Made by a program: the position numbers and the translations under genes. Of a DNA stretch of 64,000 bases, positions 24,053 to 37,180 are shown one piece after another (within the stretch, counting starts at the first letter, position 1; each line of letters begins with the position of its first letter). The notes below the pieces were generated by a model. That model was not told where the DNA came from, did no database searches, and worked only from the letters and a program-made list of their open reading frames with translations. The stretch is from Octopus vulgaris (lineage: Eukaryota). The stretch lies in contig OX597814.1 in the NCBI GenBank assembly GCA_951406725.2, positions 78,244,001-78,308,000 on the forward strand, read 5' to 3'.

Positions 24053-24373
24053 ACATTGTTCTTCCAAAGAGTTACATCACACTGTAAAAAATATGAAAAG
24101 TACACGTAGTATTACCCATTATAATAGATATATCATATCTCCCTGAGAAAGTGTATTTGAAAAATTTTGTATAACTGTATAACTGTATAAAGATTCATTG
24201 GATTTCGAAAATCCCCCCATACTGTATCACCAGTCAACATAGAGTGAATGTTAAATAGCTTGGAAGTGGTTCACTCTTCTTGTAAATATAGGAAGGAAAA
24301 TAGGAAGAAAGAAAGAAAAAGGAAAAAAGGAAGAAAAGAAAATACTTATCAAGTATTCACCCTAAATTTGCAG

Positions 24374-24442
<69 letters not shown>

Positions 24443-24637
24443 GAAGAGAGAGAAAGGGGAAGAGAGAGAGAGAGAGAGAAAGAGATAGATAGATAGATAG
24501 ATAGATAGATTGATTGATTGATTGAGAGATAGATAGATAGACAGATATACAGATAGATAGATAGATAGATAATGTAGCCACATGTGAATAGTTGGCAATT
24601 TTATTCCTTCGTCTTCCCTTGTTTTGGACTTAATTCT

Positions 24638-24672
24638 GTTTCTGAAGAAGAGCTTTGCTCGAAACGTTAAAC
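24638..24672 (+). ncRNA. Minimal hammerhead with zero-loop helix III
   Basis: GTTT-CTGAAGA-A-GAGC TTT GCTC-GAAAC-GT-T-AAAC. Stems I and II pair perfectly. Confidence 0.7.
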
Positions 24673-25817
24673 CATATTTCTTTCCTTTCCTGAGCGTCTG
24701 CCAATACATTACATGTACCACGTCCTCGCGTTGTTGTTTATTTGCTTATGTATATATATACATATATGTGTGTGTGTATATATATATATACACATGTTTT
24801 CCAAGCTATGCGGATCTTAATCCGTATAGCAAAGTCTTATGTTTCTACATATACATCAGGAAAAACCTTCGACCCTGTTTTCAGGTTACTGTATTGTATA
24901 GGATTACCTTGATTATTTATATTACCTTGATTATTTATAAATGATCCAAAATAGGGTGTTATATTTTATTTTATATGTCTTTCGTATATATTTTTATTAA
25001 TGCACCCATTCTTTTAAAAAAAAGCAATGTTTTTTTCAAAAAAAGCAATGTTGTCAAAATTAAAATGTTGATGTAAGTATGTGTATAGCCGAGGATATGT
25101 ATTTGTAAGCATGCGTATCTGTGTATATGTAAGTGAGAGTATGTTTGTGCTTAAGCACACATATACACGACTGTATGTATGTATCCATACGAACTTGTTT
25201 GTATACTTGTCTCCATATATGCCAATAACGCCGTTACACAGATTGTATACATAATTTTTTTCTTATTTCGTTTTTTTCCCCACCCCTCCTTCGTTCCTTT
25301 TTCTCTCTCTTCCTTTCTTTCGCCCCCCCCCCCCCCCTTACTCAGTATATGAGAATCGCTACATACATGATTTTTAACTTGCGTGCGAGATGGTTTTGCG
25401 TGAATATATGTACACATGCATTTATGTGTATATTTAGATTTATATTCATACGTCTGTATATGTATGGCGTTGGCGCGCATCCTTTTTGTGTATGTTGATA
25501 TATATATGCACATTTTAATAAAAATATGTATTGCAGTGTAATATTTATAACAGGTTTAATTCCTATGAATTAATTTATACTTTCTTCATTAATGTCAATA
25601 TGTATTTTATTCAATGTAAGGTTTTTTTCCTCGGATTTTATAATTTTTATAAGCTTTTTTATATATATATACATATATTTTTGACCTTTTTGTTTATCGC
25701 TCGAAGATTGACCGTTTTTTTCTAAAGGGCCAATCAAACAAGTCCATTTCTTTTTAAAGGTGTAGTGTTTGTAAGAGTCTAGATTGAATTTATATATCGG
25801 TTCCATTCTAGCAAAAA

Positions 25818-25854
25818 CTGTCTGATGAACGGCAACGAGAAACTCAGAGTAACA
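25818..25854 (+). ncRNA. Minimal hammerhead motif
   Basis: CTGT-CTGATGA-ACG GCAA CGA-GAAAC-TCAGA-GTA-ACAG. Stem I is CTGT/ACAG. Confidence 0.6.
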
Positions 25855-25918
25855 GATTTTGTTGAATTTTCTGCTGCTTAAAATAAAGTATATATATATA
25901 TATATATATACATATGTT

Positions 25919-25955
<37 letters not shown>

Positions 25956-26057
25956 GTTTATATATATATGTATATGTAAGTGTGTATTTATATATATATA
26001 TTGATTTGTACGTGTATTTTGTTTCGTGTATATACTTATATTATGAATGTACTTTAT

Positions 26058-26182
26058 AATCTCTGACGAGGCCTATGGAAATATATAAGAACCTCATTTT
26101 AACTGCCTACAACCTCATTAAATTGACTTGTATGAGCACAGCAAATTACTTTTTCCAAAGGCTGAAACAGCTGTAAGTGATT
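26058..26182 (+). ncRNA. Hammerhead motif with long stem II insertion
   Basis: CTGACGA-GGCCTATGGAA..(~70 nt)..TTCCAAAGGCT-GAAAC-AGCT-GTA. Confidence 0.65.
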
Positions 26183-26744
26183 TTAATGATTTCAATAATC
26201 TCTATTAAGTTTTTTTTTAATTGTATTCTTATCTTATATGTATTGAATTTTAATGTATAAATGTATGTTATTATGGTTCTCGTTTTGTGAAATAAATAAG
26301 TCAACATTCTAATATCCTAAAGCTGATAAACCAACTAAATCGTTTTTACATTTTCTTGTTTGTAATATATATATATATGTATGTATGTATGTACGTATGT
26401 ATATCTTTTGTGTTTTACTTATTTCAGTCATTTGACTGCAGCCATGTTGGGGCACCGCCTTGAAAGATTTTTAATCGTATGTATCGACCCCCTAGTACTT
26501 ATTTTCTGTTCTTTTAAACTTGATGCTTATTATATTGGTCTGTTTTGCCGAACCGCTAAGTTACGGGAACGTAAACACACCACCACCGGTAATCAAGCGG
26601 TGGTAATGGGGAAAAACACGAACACAAAGACACTCACATATATACGACGGGCGTCTTTCGGTTTCCGTCTACTAAATCTTCTCACAAGGCTTTGGTTGGC
26701 TTGACGCTATAGCAGAAGACACTCGCCCCGGGTGCCATGAATTT

Positions 26745-28036
26745 ATCACCCACTGGCAAACAGTCTTAAGTTCACAGCCTTTGTCATTTCCTTGTTATCA
26801 TTAATCATCCATTCATTTCACTTGGCTGAAGCACAGATGTACATCCACCTGGAATCATAGCTTGGTAGATGCTCCTTTAAACTATTTTATGCTGTCTATC
26901 AGATGAGCCCTGAACATATCCCATGCAAGAAGCGACTTTGAATTAAGCATAGCCTCTGGACGCTTGAACCAGTTTGTCTATGCAGTTTCATCCACCCACC
27001 TTTTCTCCTGAAGATACACCACTCTGCCCTTCGGAAACTTTACTTTCGGGAAAGTCTTTCTTTTGAAAACAACAGCCGGGCTATATTTCGTACCGTCAGC
27101 CATACAAGTCAAAACTGCGGTGAAGTGGGCCTTGTCACTCCCCGTAGTTTTAACCGAAATTGTGTTTTTCTCTTTAACGTCGATTGTCCGAGTTTCAACC
27201 ATATCGAAAAAAAAGAGGCGTCTCGTCCATATCATCGATTGCTTCCAAAGCAAACTTGTGGCTCTTTCGTAGGTCCATTACATACTGATGGAAGAAATCA
27301 ACTTTGCTCTCTACGTTGGCGGGTAATTTCTGTGTGATGTGAATCTTGTCCCAGCGTAAGATTGTGGCGTTTCATAAACCTCGTACACCAGCCAGGGGGT
27401 GCGTTATAGTCGGATATACCATGTTCCTTAGTCACTTGGAGATCCCGCAATCTAAAGTTGTTTCTCATGACAAGTCCATTCGTGCGTGGTTCAGTCATCC
27501 AGTCTCCCAAAATAATATCCATCTCCTCATTGGGACTCATTCGTATCCTAATTTTCTTTAACGATTTGATGTCAACGGATTTCATTTTCTCTCCTTTCAA
27601 ACGCCAATCCCTGACCATTTTTTCTGAGACCCCAAATTCTCTTTCTGCAGCTCGATTCAAATGCTACTTCGCATATTCAAACAACTTTCAGCTTGAAAGT
27701 GATATCATACGAATTCCTCTTTCTTTTAAAGAAAGACAGGTACTGTACAAAAGCAAACAAGCATTAAACTCCCTTTTTAAAAATTAATTGTTTATTTCAT
27801 ACTAACAGAAGTAAAGAAATACATAAAGAAATGCCTCAAGATCGTTTTCCGTGTACTTCTCGGCTTCAGAATTAGCGATTCGGGTTTTTTCGGTTATTCC
27901 AAGTGTGGGAACTTCAGACGTGGCTTGTACCTAGAAAATATCTGAAGATTTTTTTTATAGGCTGTGCTTATAAGTCGCACCCTCAATTTTAGGTGAAAAT
28001 TTCAAGGATAAAAAGTGCGACTTATAGCCGACTATA
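26745..28036 (-). mobile_element. pogo/Tc2 (POGK-like) DNA transposon, decayed and 3'-truncated
   Basis: NRAAEREFGVSEKMVRDWR (HTH), GWCTRFMKRHNL (CENP-B HTH), KTTG.DKAHFTAVLTCMADGTK..P.VVFKRK (DDE_1). The 5' end carries repeated TATAAGTCGCAC/TATAAG motifs. Confidence 0.88.
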
Positions 28037-28271
28037 TACATAAGGATAAGCATATCAAAAGGGATCAGTGAGAAAACTCATTTAAATAAAATGGTTGGGA
28101 ACCACTGTGGAAAGGTTGGGAATCACTGAACTAAACCCACTAAGGTGGTGCTCCAGCATAGCCGCAGTTCAATGACTAAAACAAGTAAAAGAGTAAAAGG
28201 AAAATATTGCGAGCCACGGCAGGCAAAAAGGGTGAGGCAAAACTGATTTTGCTTAAGCCTCTAGCGTTCGG

Positions 28272-28700
28272 TGGAGGCGTGTGACTTAGTGGATAGGGTG
28301 TTGAATTCATGATCTTAAGTTTGTGGTTTCGATTCTTAGACTAGGCAACGTGTTATCTTCTTAAGCAAAACGCTTCATTTCACATTTCTCCAGTCCACTC
28401 AGCTAGCAAAAATAAATAGTCCTGAGGTGGACAGGCGTCCCGTCCAAGTGGGGAATTTATATACCATGGGAACCGACCCTTATGAGTCGGTATGACTCGA
28501 GTAGGTAACTTTACCCTTTTGTAGAGGCACGTGGTTTAGTGGTTAGTGTGTTGGACTCATGATTGTAAGATTGTGTTTTCGATTCCTAGACCGAGTGACG
28601 CGTTGTACTCTTGAGCAAAACACTCAGCTGGTAAAAATAAGTCCCATCCAGGCGCGAAATATATATGCCATGGGAAACCAGCCCTTTATCTTTACCTTTG
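28272..28700 (+). mobile_element. Two tandem tRNA-derived SINEs with V-domain-like block. Related copy at ~17595-17730 (-)
   Basis: GGAGGCGTGTGACTTAGTGG..GGTTTCGATTC head, then GTGGACAGGCGTCCCGTCCAAG block. Confidence 0.65.
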
Positions 28701-29365
28701 CTTTAGCCTTCAGATTATTCCGTCAAATGTTACGTTTATTTATTCACATGGCTTTTAATTTGTCATGCATTATCTCATAGCTTTGAGATTTTAATGGTGT
28801 CATTGTTTAGTTTACAATGACATTGTAGGGTTAGTGTGAGAGGCCTGCTCTGTCCAGTTTGAACATAGAACAGGAAGAATATTTGAGTCTGACATATCCG
28901 ATTTGAATACTGAAGAGTTAGAAGTCAACCCTGCTCGAGCAGATTCGTCATCAAACGTGTTTCAGAGATGACCATCCCATCTTCTATGACTATCTATGAC
29001 ATCATTGTGACACTTATTGTTCTTTTTATTAAAAACGGCTACGTTCCATTTCAAGGAGATTTGGCTGGCATTTCTTGCAGATGGGTGAGCGCGTAGACTC
29101 ATGCATTCGTTGGACATACGCTAACTTATATGTGTGTATTTATGAATGTTAGCATCTGTTTAGATGATTGCTTAAACACACACACACACACACATACAAA
29201 CACATACGCACACTCACACACGTACACCCACATACATACATACACATGCATACACACACGTACAAACACATGCGCGCACACACACAGATATACAACTTGT
29301 GCATATGTAAGCTTAAACAGATATACAAACAAGTATACACACAAACATATACATACGGATACACA

Positions 29366-32100
29366 TGAAACGAGCTTAGCGTGTGAATATCTTCGTGAAC
29401 TTTTGGGGTGCACAAAGCAATCTCTCACTAGCCGTTGCTTTAATAATCCAGAATCTCTACTAGTCAGAAACAACAAGACGCAGACGTGAAATATATATAA
29501 CTACTTTATTCTCTTTCTTGGTAAACAATAACAATAAGTGTGTTATCTGATGTCCTTGATTCTGGGCGCGCAAGGCTGAAAGTTAATAGATTGTAATATT
29601 TACAATCTTCAGCCCAAAAACAGAAAGGGGTCAAGATGGCGTCGAACAATGGAGACGATGTTGGTCTGCAACAATTTGGTAAGGACTGCTAGAAGCTAGT
29701 TCCAACGGAGAGAAAATATATCGCGTGACGTCGCCTTCAATCGCTGGGTCCCAAGTCCTCGATGACTGCTGCTAGTGGTCAAACGTTCTACGACCCCCTT
29801 GCCTCGCTAACTGCTACGTAGGCAATAGGGTCGTGCTACCGGTGGTTCGCGCATGCGCGAGAGGGCCCTTCCTCTCACTTGGTGAAGGCACCAACACGCG
29901 CGAAATACAAATGGACAGTGCGCGAGCGCGCGCCGTTGTAGGATCACTACAGGCTCCCCTCCAGTGCGTACGCACGAAAGGAAACTTATTGTAGTGACTG
30001 CAAAACTCAAGGTGGACACCAGATAACCAAATAGCACACAATAATATAATGGCAAAATTTATAACATACACAAGAAATTTACTAAAGGAAAAAGAGAAAA
30101 AATACTCAATGAGCAAAAATCAAGAGTGCATGCATGAAAGTGTATACGTCACAAAGTATAAACCCTTCCGCTGAAGGGAGCGGAAGAAAAGGCAGAACTC
30201 ACAGTTATTGAACCTAGGCGAAATTAAAATCCAACTTCTCTAAAGGTAGTTGATCCTGCGAAATAGCAGTTAAATCAATTGCTGCAGGAGAGGAAATGGA
30301 ATTGACAGAAGCTCGCTAGTAACACAAAAGGCAAAAGTGCAAACATGCTGGTGTGATGCGCGACACAGATAATTTTCTGTTAATTACGTGACCAAACAGT
30401 GGTCTAACAGGGAAAAATAATTACGCCCATACATAGGCGCAGCGCATGTGAACATCCGACATTCTATGAGTCGGGAAAAGAATTAGGCTAACGCAAACGT
30501 GTTGCAAAAACAAGGCAAGTACACGTGCGAAGCAAAAAACGCATGAAATGCAATAGTGCTTGCCAGACCAAAAAACAGCAAATGAATATGCCAGTGGTTA
30601 AGCGATTATATGCTTCGTTCGTATAGGAACAAAAGTATGACATGCTGGCGCGTTATAAATGGACAAACAACCCTCTCTATGTATACGTGACCGACCTAGG
30701 GTCTATAGAAATGAGGGGTGTCCACAAAAGGCAAATTCAGCATGGAAAAAAAACAAGCGAGAAAAGCATGTGTGACGTATGTATGTGAGAGAGAACATTT
30801 ATGTGTGTGTACGTGTGTGCGACAGAAATACATACAAGGTGAATGCGAGCAAAAATATAAAAACAGCGCATAGAAAAAATGTCTCTCAAGGGCTATTCCA
30901 GACAAGAATTAATTTACCAGTCTGTAATAGCCTGATGTACAATAGCAGTTCGTTCTGTAACAGAATGTTGAAATCACAAAATGTAGATGCCGGTTGAACA
31001 CATATCGTGTCGCGGTTGTGGCTTCAATGCTGTGACAGGTTAACTGGAACAGAAGAAATCTCGTAGATAGTGCTGGGCTGTGAATTCTTGGTGTGCTAAT
31101 GCACAAACGGCAAGTGGACCAAACTTCCGCGAGTTGCTATGTACATCTTGGTGGAGGTCGACGGTGTTGAAAGGCGACGTTGGTGGTGGAAGGCGACTGT
31201 AGTGGACTTGGGACAACATCGTTCTTAGTGATGATGGCGACGAAGATAACGACGACGTGAAGTAGACAGACGACGATGTCGATGACGAAGGTGGAGAAAA
31301 GGCATCGATGATGTGATGGCGTTCGTCATCATGGCTGTAGAATAAGAAAAGGCTCCTTCTACAACTGTTTGTGGTGGCCGGAAACAAATCGTCGAAAGAT
31401 GATGCGTAGAGTTAAATCGTGTTCCGACTTCGCAGAAAAACTGGATTTTTTTTTTTGTTGATAAGTGATCTCTGGTTTTAGACCAGAATCACGTCGGGAG
31501 GCCACCAGTGAAACGAACTTCGAGTGAGATGTGAATAATCTTGTCTTGTACTTTCGGGGTACAAGAAAGCAATCACTACTCGTTCGTTAATAATCCAGAA
31601 TCTCTACTAGTCAGAAACAACAAGACGCAGACGTGAAAATATATATAACTACTTTATTCTCTTTCTTGGTAAACAATAACAATAAGTGTGTTATCTGATG
31701 TCCTTGATTCTGGGCGCGCAAGGCTGAAAGTTAATAGATTGTAATATTTACAATCTTCAGCCCAAAAACAGAAAAGGGGTCAAGATGGCGTCGAACAATG
31801 GAGACGATGTTGGTCTGCAACAATTTGGTAAGGACTGCTAGAAGCTAGTTCCAACGGAGAGAAAATATATCGCGTGACGTCGCCTTCAATCGCTGGGTCC
31901 CAAGTCCTCGATGACTGCTGCTAGTGGTCAAACGTTCTACGACCCCCTTGCCTCGCTAACTGCTACGTAGGCAATAGGGTTCTTCTTCCGGTGCTTCGCG
32001 CATGCGCGAGAGGGCCCTTCCTCTCACTTGGTGAAGGCACCAACACGCGCGAAATACAAATGGACAGTGCGCGAGCGCGCGCCGTTGTAGGATCACTACA
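29366..32100 (-). mobile_element. Non-autonomous LTR retroelement (2.7 kb) with two LTRs, tRNA-Trp PBS, PPT and 4-bp TSD
   Basis: LTRs 29366-29951 and 31509-32100 have TG..CA ends. PBS at 31488-31507 (plus ATCACGTCGGGAGGCCACCA, close to the tRNA-Trp 3' end). PPT TGGAGGGGAGCC at 29952-29963. CACA flanks both ends. No gag/pol motifs in the 1557-bp interior. Confidence 0.92.
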
Positions 32101-32168
32101 CACACATATGTCTATGTATTATATATATATATATGTATATATCTGTGTATGTATGTGTGTGGTATGTG

Positions 32169-32251
<83 letters not shown>

Positions 32252-33108
32252 GTGTAGTGAAGCTTGCAAGCATGAAGTGGATTCGATCCACCGTAGCCAA
32301 ATTTAAATTAACAGTTCAACAGAACTTTTCTCACGGTAAAACAATAGTTTTTCTGTGACAGCAGTTTTACATTTGCCAGATTGCCTTAGCTAGGCCGAAA
32401 TAATGTCTTCACCACTTAAATCTTTCTGACCTCTTCTATTTCACCATATGCTAGAATTAGTTATAAAAGCAAGAATCCCAAGCAAAAGTCAGTTAGTCAC
32501 TTGGTGACAACTGAGTTAGTCGGCTTGTAGCAACTCAATCAGGCAAGGTATATTCGATGTAACGGTAAATAATATTTTCTTCACAACTTCAATCACTGTT
32601 CTTTCATCTTTACATAATGGCTATCAACGAAGAACCACTCCTTTCAAACAAATTACACCCATCCTGCTGTGTATCAACAATTGTTTATCATATTATTGTT
32701 TACTAATTAATATAATCCGTTTCTGCTTTTTCTACTGTTTTTTCTTCATTTGTATTGCTTTTACGTCCTGTTCTTGTCACTTTTTTTACCCCTCTGCAAA
32801 AGAATTTTATTTAATTCCTTTTGCAGGAAGGATTATTTCGGCCGGGTCGTGTTCTGCCCTTACCTTCGAAACACGCATTGAGTCGAACCAGGGGCAGCTG
32901 ATGAAGGGGAATTTTCCTTGTATTGTTTGTCCTGTACTCTGTTTTTTCGTTGTTAAAAAAGTCCGTTTCCTTGTTTGATTTTATGTTTTCGTTTCTCGTT
33001 GTGTTCTACGTTTATTTGTGGTGTCCTGTACTCATATATGCATGTACATATACATATAGATGTAAGTATGTACATATATGTATGTATATATGCATATGTT
33101 TTATTTAT

Positions 33109-33143
<35 letters not shown>

Positions 33144-33260
33144 AGAGAGTAAAAGTTAATATTATCAAATAATATCAATTTCAGCCGGTGGTCAGTATAC
33201 TTAAAAAACGTTCAAGGATCGTGAATTCTATTTTAATATAAACAAAACGAGAAAACACTA

Positions 33261-33671
33261 TGTGGATCCCTTGTATGCTAAAAACAGACGTCAAACCGTC
33301 TTACCACAATGTTTTCAAATTATCAAAACGCTAGATGTTTACGAGCTAGACAAAATGAAAGAAATAAACATAGCACTTAATTCCATACATTAAGATTTCG
33401 ACATGAACAATTTAATAATTGTCCGAGCCTGGGTCGTATCCTTTCATGGAGACGGGTGGTGTCTCCATTGATGTGTCAGTACCGATTTCACTGAGGAGAC
33501 ACAGACAATTATTGAATTGTTCATGTCGAAATGTTAAGGTATGGAATTAAGTGCTATGTTTATTTCTTTTCATTTGTCTAGCTCGTAAACATCTAGCGTC
33601 TGACTAATTTGAGAACACAAATTTCGTGGTAAGACGGTTTGACGTCTATTTTTAGCATACAGAGGATCCAT
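33261..33671. repeat. Diverged inverted repeat (arms ~33261-33423 and ~33504-33671)
   Basis: GGATCC.TTGTATGCTAAAAA..GACGTCAAACCGTCTTACCAC versus GTGGTAAGACGGTTTGACGTC..TTTTTAGCATAC..GGATCC. Confidence 0.9.
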
Positions 33672-34280
33672 ATATATATGAGGATTAATCAAATCCGAAA
33701 TCAACAATGATCTAAAGCTATCTCCCTTGTCAGTTATTAGATAAGTGCTTGCTCGCGGCAAGCACTTATCTAATACGAAATACGAAAACATGGAATACGA
33801 ATTTTTTTGCGAACAACGAAAGAAAAAAATGGAAAAGAAGACAAGCAACATAAAGAACGACTCTGCATCAATTGTCGGCTGTTTTTTACTCTGTATTTCG
33901 ATTCAAAGTTGATAACAAAAACAGGACAGTGAAACAAACAGGGAGGGCTGCTAAGACTAAACGAGGTGAGTTGGCGAACACTGGAGGAACAAGCTCTGAC
34001 AGGAGACAGACAAGAATGCGTCTGATCCCTGCAGCTGTTTAGAAGGAAAGAAAGAAACTCAAGTTAGAAAAGGAAAGATGGCCGATGGTCACATGCGAGC
34101 GACGAGAGACAAAGGAAGAAGAGTGAGGGAGAGAGAGGGATAGACAAAGAACGGCCAAGGTGGAGGAAAAGATAAAGAGAAATAGAAAGAGACAGACATA
34201 CAACAATAAGGGTCGCATTAAAATTAAGATAATACTTACTTGCAAATGGATGTGTGGCGTTCAATCATATAATAATATAG

Positions 34281-34358
<78 letters not shown>

Positions 34359-34587
34359 AGATAAGAAAATGGAGAAATATATATAAATCAAATATCAATT
34401 ACCAGATAATACTCAATCACATACTTTATTAAACCACCACATAAGAGAATGTAGGGTTAAATATAAAAAGCAGAACAAATCAGTGTACATAAAAAAGTGT
34501 ACATAAAAGAGTAATGTTGTATAATAAGTAGAATATATATAAAAGAGAATATAAATACAAGTAAATATAAATATAAGTATAAATTAG

Positions 34588-34713
34588 ATCTTACAGCTGT
34601 TTCGGCCATGTCGATAAGTATGTCTCATTTTACAATATTAGCCCTTTATGGTTGGTCAATATATAGATATAAATGAGACATTTACAAAAATATCGCAAGA
34701 CCTCTTCAGAGAT
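34588..34713 (-). ncRNA. Hammerhead motif with long stem II insertion
   Basis: ATCT-CTGAAGA-GGTC..GATA..(~70 nt)..TATC..GGCC-GAAAC-AGCT-GTA-AGAT. Confidence 0.68.
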
Positions 34714-35876
34714 TATGTAATATAACTCAGTCTACATATATACCCACATGGGTGTGGGTGCGTACCCACAATACAACATATATATATATACATATGAGTG
34801 CATATACTCACACTCCTATACATATAAAAATATACGTTTACATAATGATATAAATAAATAATATAAATTAGTAAACATATATGTGTGTTCCACACTCAAT
34901 GTCTCAGTTTTACGACTTAATATTGTGATAATAAACATGCACAAATTAATACCTAGATGCAAATATACATAGTCAATAGTACATTATATTACTTCATAAT
35001 AATTTCTAAAGTGTCATTAAAGTTAGCATCATTATCTTTGTCAATACCATTAATGTTATCATTATTATCATTCATAATATTATTAATAACTCTTACATTA
35101 TGATCCAGAGCGGAATATATGTATGTCCGTGTTCCAGTTAATAATTTTCCTTATGGCATAAATACACTATTGGATTTGAATACATACATATATGTACGTA
35201 CTTACATATATATGTATATACATATGCATATATATGCACAGGACGTCACAGAACGTAAACAACATGAAATACGAAATCATGGAATACGAACTTTTTTTGC
35301 GAACAACGAAAGAAACAAATGGAAAACAAGACAAGCAACATAAAGAACGACCAAAGTGTATGTGTCTAATTTTGTGTGTATATAAATGTATATATATGTA
35401 TGTGTGCGCGTATGTGCCTGTATGTATGCATGTATGTACGTATGTATGTATAAACGTATGCATGTATGTACGTACGTATGTATGTATGTATGTATGTATG
35501 TATGTATGTATGTATGTATGTATGTATGTATGTATGTATTACTTTCAGATGATCACAAAATATGCTGCTCCTGTTAATTTTATTTAACATATATCTTCGC
35601 ACTTCACAGATCTATACGGTCTTATATACCTGCAAAGAGTTCTACAGGTTGTTTGGTTTATATATGTTTGCATGCTTGTATGTATGTATGTATGTATGTA
35701 TGTATGTATGTATGTATGTATGTATGTATGCATGCATGTATGTATGTATGTATGTATGTATGTATGTATGTATGTATGTATGTATGTATGTATGTATGTA
35801 TGTATGTATGTATGCTTGTATGCATATATATATATATATATATATTGTTGCATTTCGAGGCGGTCATTTTTTTACC

Positions 35877-36341
35877 ATATAAACACACGCACAATATATT
35901 TTTTCTCATTTATTACTGTTCTTATTTTATCATTTTACCTCATGTCCATTGTCCAGAAATTTTTCGTCACACGACTGTGACCTCTTCAGCGATACTTTTC
36001 GTTTTCGTATGTGCTCTTGCTCCACTTACTCCATTCTGTTCTTCAAAGATGTTTATCCTTAAGTGCGCGTGCGTTTGTGACCTTGTTGCTGTATGTGTGT
36101 GTGTTTGTGTGTGTGTGCGCGGGCGCGCTCATGTGTATGTGTGCATGTATTCTTGTGTGTGTGTCTTGGAAAAGCCAAATGGAATAAGTGGAGCAAGAAC
36201 ACATCCGAAAGCGAAAAGTGTCGCTGAAGAGGTCACATATGTTTGACATAAAATTTCCGGACAATGGAGAGGAGTTAAAATAATAAAATAAGAACAGTAA
36301 TAAACGAGTGAAGAAAAAATATATATAGTGGTGTGTTTATT
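35877..36341. repeat. Diverged inverted repeat (arms ~35877-36045 and ~36165-36341) containing hammerhead-like cores
   Basis: TGTGACCTCTTCAGCGA versus TCGCTGAAGAGGTCACA, and TCTTGCTCCACTTA versus TAAGTGGAGCAAGA. The minus strand of the left arm reads CTGAAGA-G-GTCACA GTCG TGTGAC-GAAA. Confidence 0.85.
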
Positions 36342-36565
36342 TGGCCCAAAAAAAAATGAACATCACGAAATACAACAATATCTGTTTCAACACACGACTT
36401 CACATCAGGAATCTTGCAAAATGAATATATATATATATATATATATATACATACATACATACATACATACATATATGTGTGCGTGTGCGTGTGTGAATAG
36501 GTGTGTGCATATATATATGTACATATATATATATATAGACATATACATACATGTATATATACACA

Positions 36566-36614
<49 letters not shown>

Positions 36615-36925
36615 GAGTGCATGTGTGCATCCATATTTTTTATGTTTGTATGGGGGTAAAGATTTGTTTGGATATTTGACTTACTGTGCATATATACGCT
36701 CGAATGTGTGTATATAACATATACAAATAAACGTGTATGTGTGTGTATGTGCGCGCGCACACACGTGTCTAATATACCCCCCCCCCCACTACATACATAT
36801 ATGTGTTTAATTTTATTTCTCGTCTATTATTTACTTATTTATTTTGCTCCATATCTCTGGCACTGAAATTTTTACTGCGATCGTCAGATTTCTTGTATAT
36901 AAGTATATATATATATATATATATA

Positions 36926-37137
36926 TAACGGGAAGCTTTATGAAAATAAACAAAAGACGAAGGCAGGTGGAAAACAAACGAACAATTGTATTAGTATGGC
37001 GCTCAGGAAATATAAATAAAACAAGTCTTTAACGTTTCGAGCCTACGCTCTTCAACAGAAAGATACACAGAGAGAGAAAAACACAGAAAGAAGGAGAGAA
37101 AAAAAATGCGTGCAGTAGCTAACGAATCAACATGGCG
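36926..37137 (-). mobile_element. ~210-nt hammerhead-bearing mini-element (HHR 37026-37063), near-identical to 60209-60432
   Basis: Both copies have the same boundaries (TAACGGGAAGC...CAACATGGCG) and abut microsatellite. Minus strand: TCTTT-CTGTTGA-A-GAGC GTAG GCTC-GAAAC-GT-T-AAAGA. Confidence 0.85.
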
Positions 37138-37144
37138 ATATATA

Positions 37145-37180
<36 letters not shown>

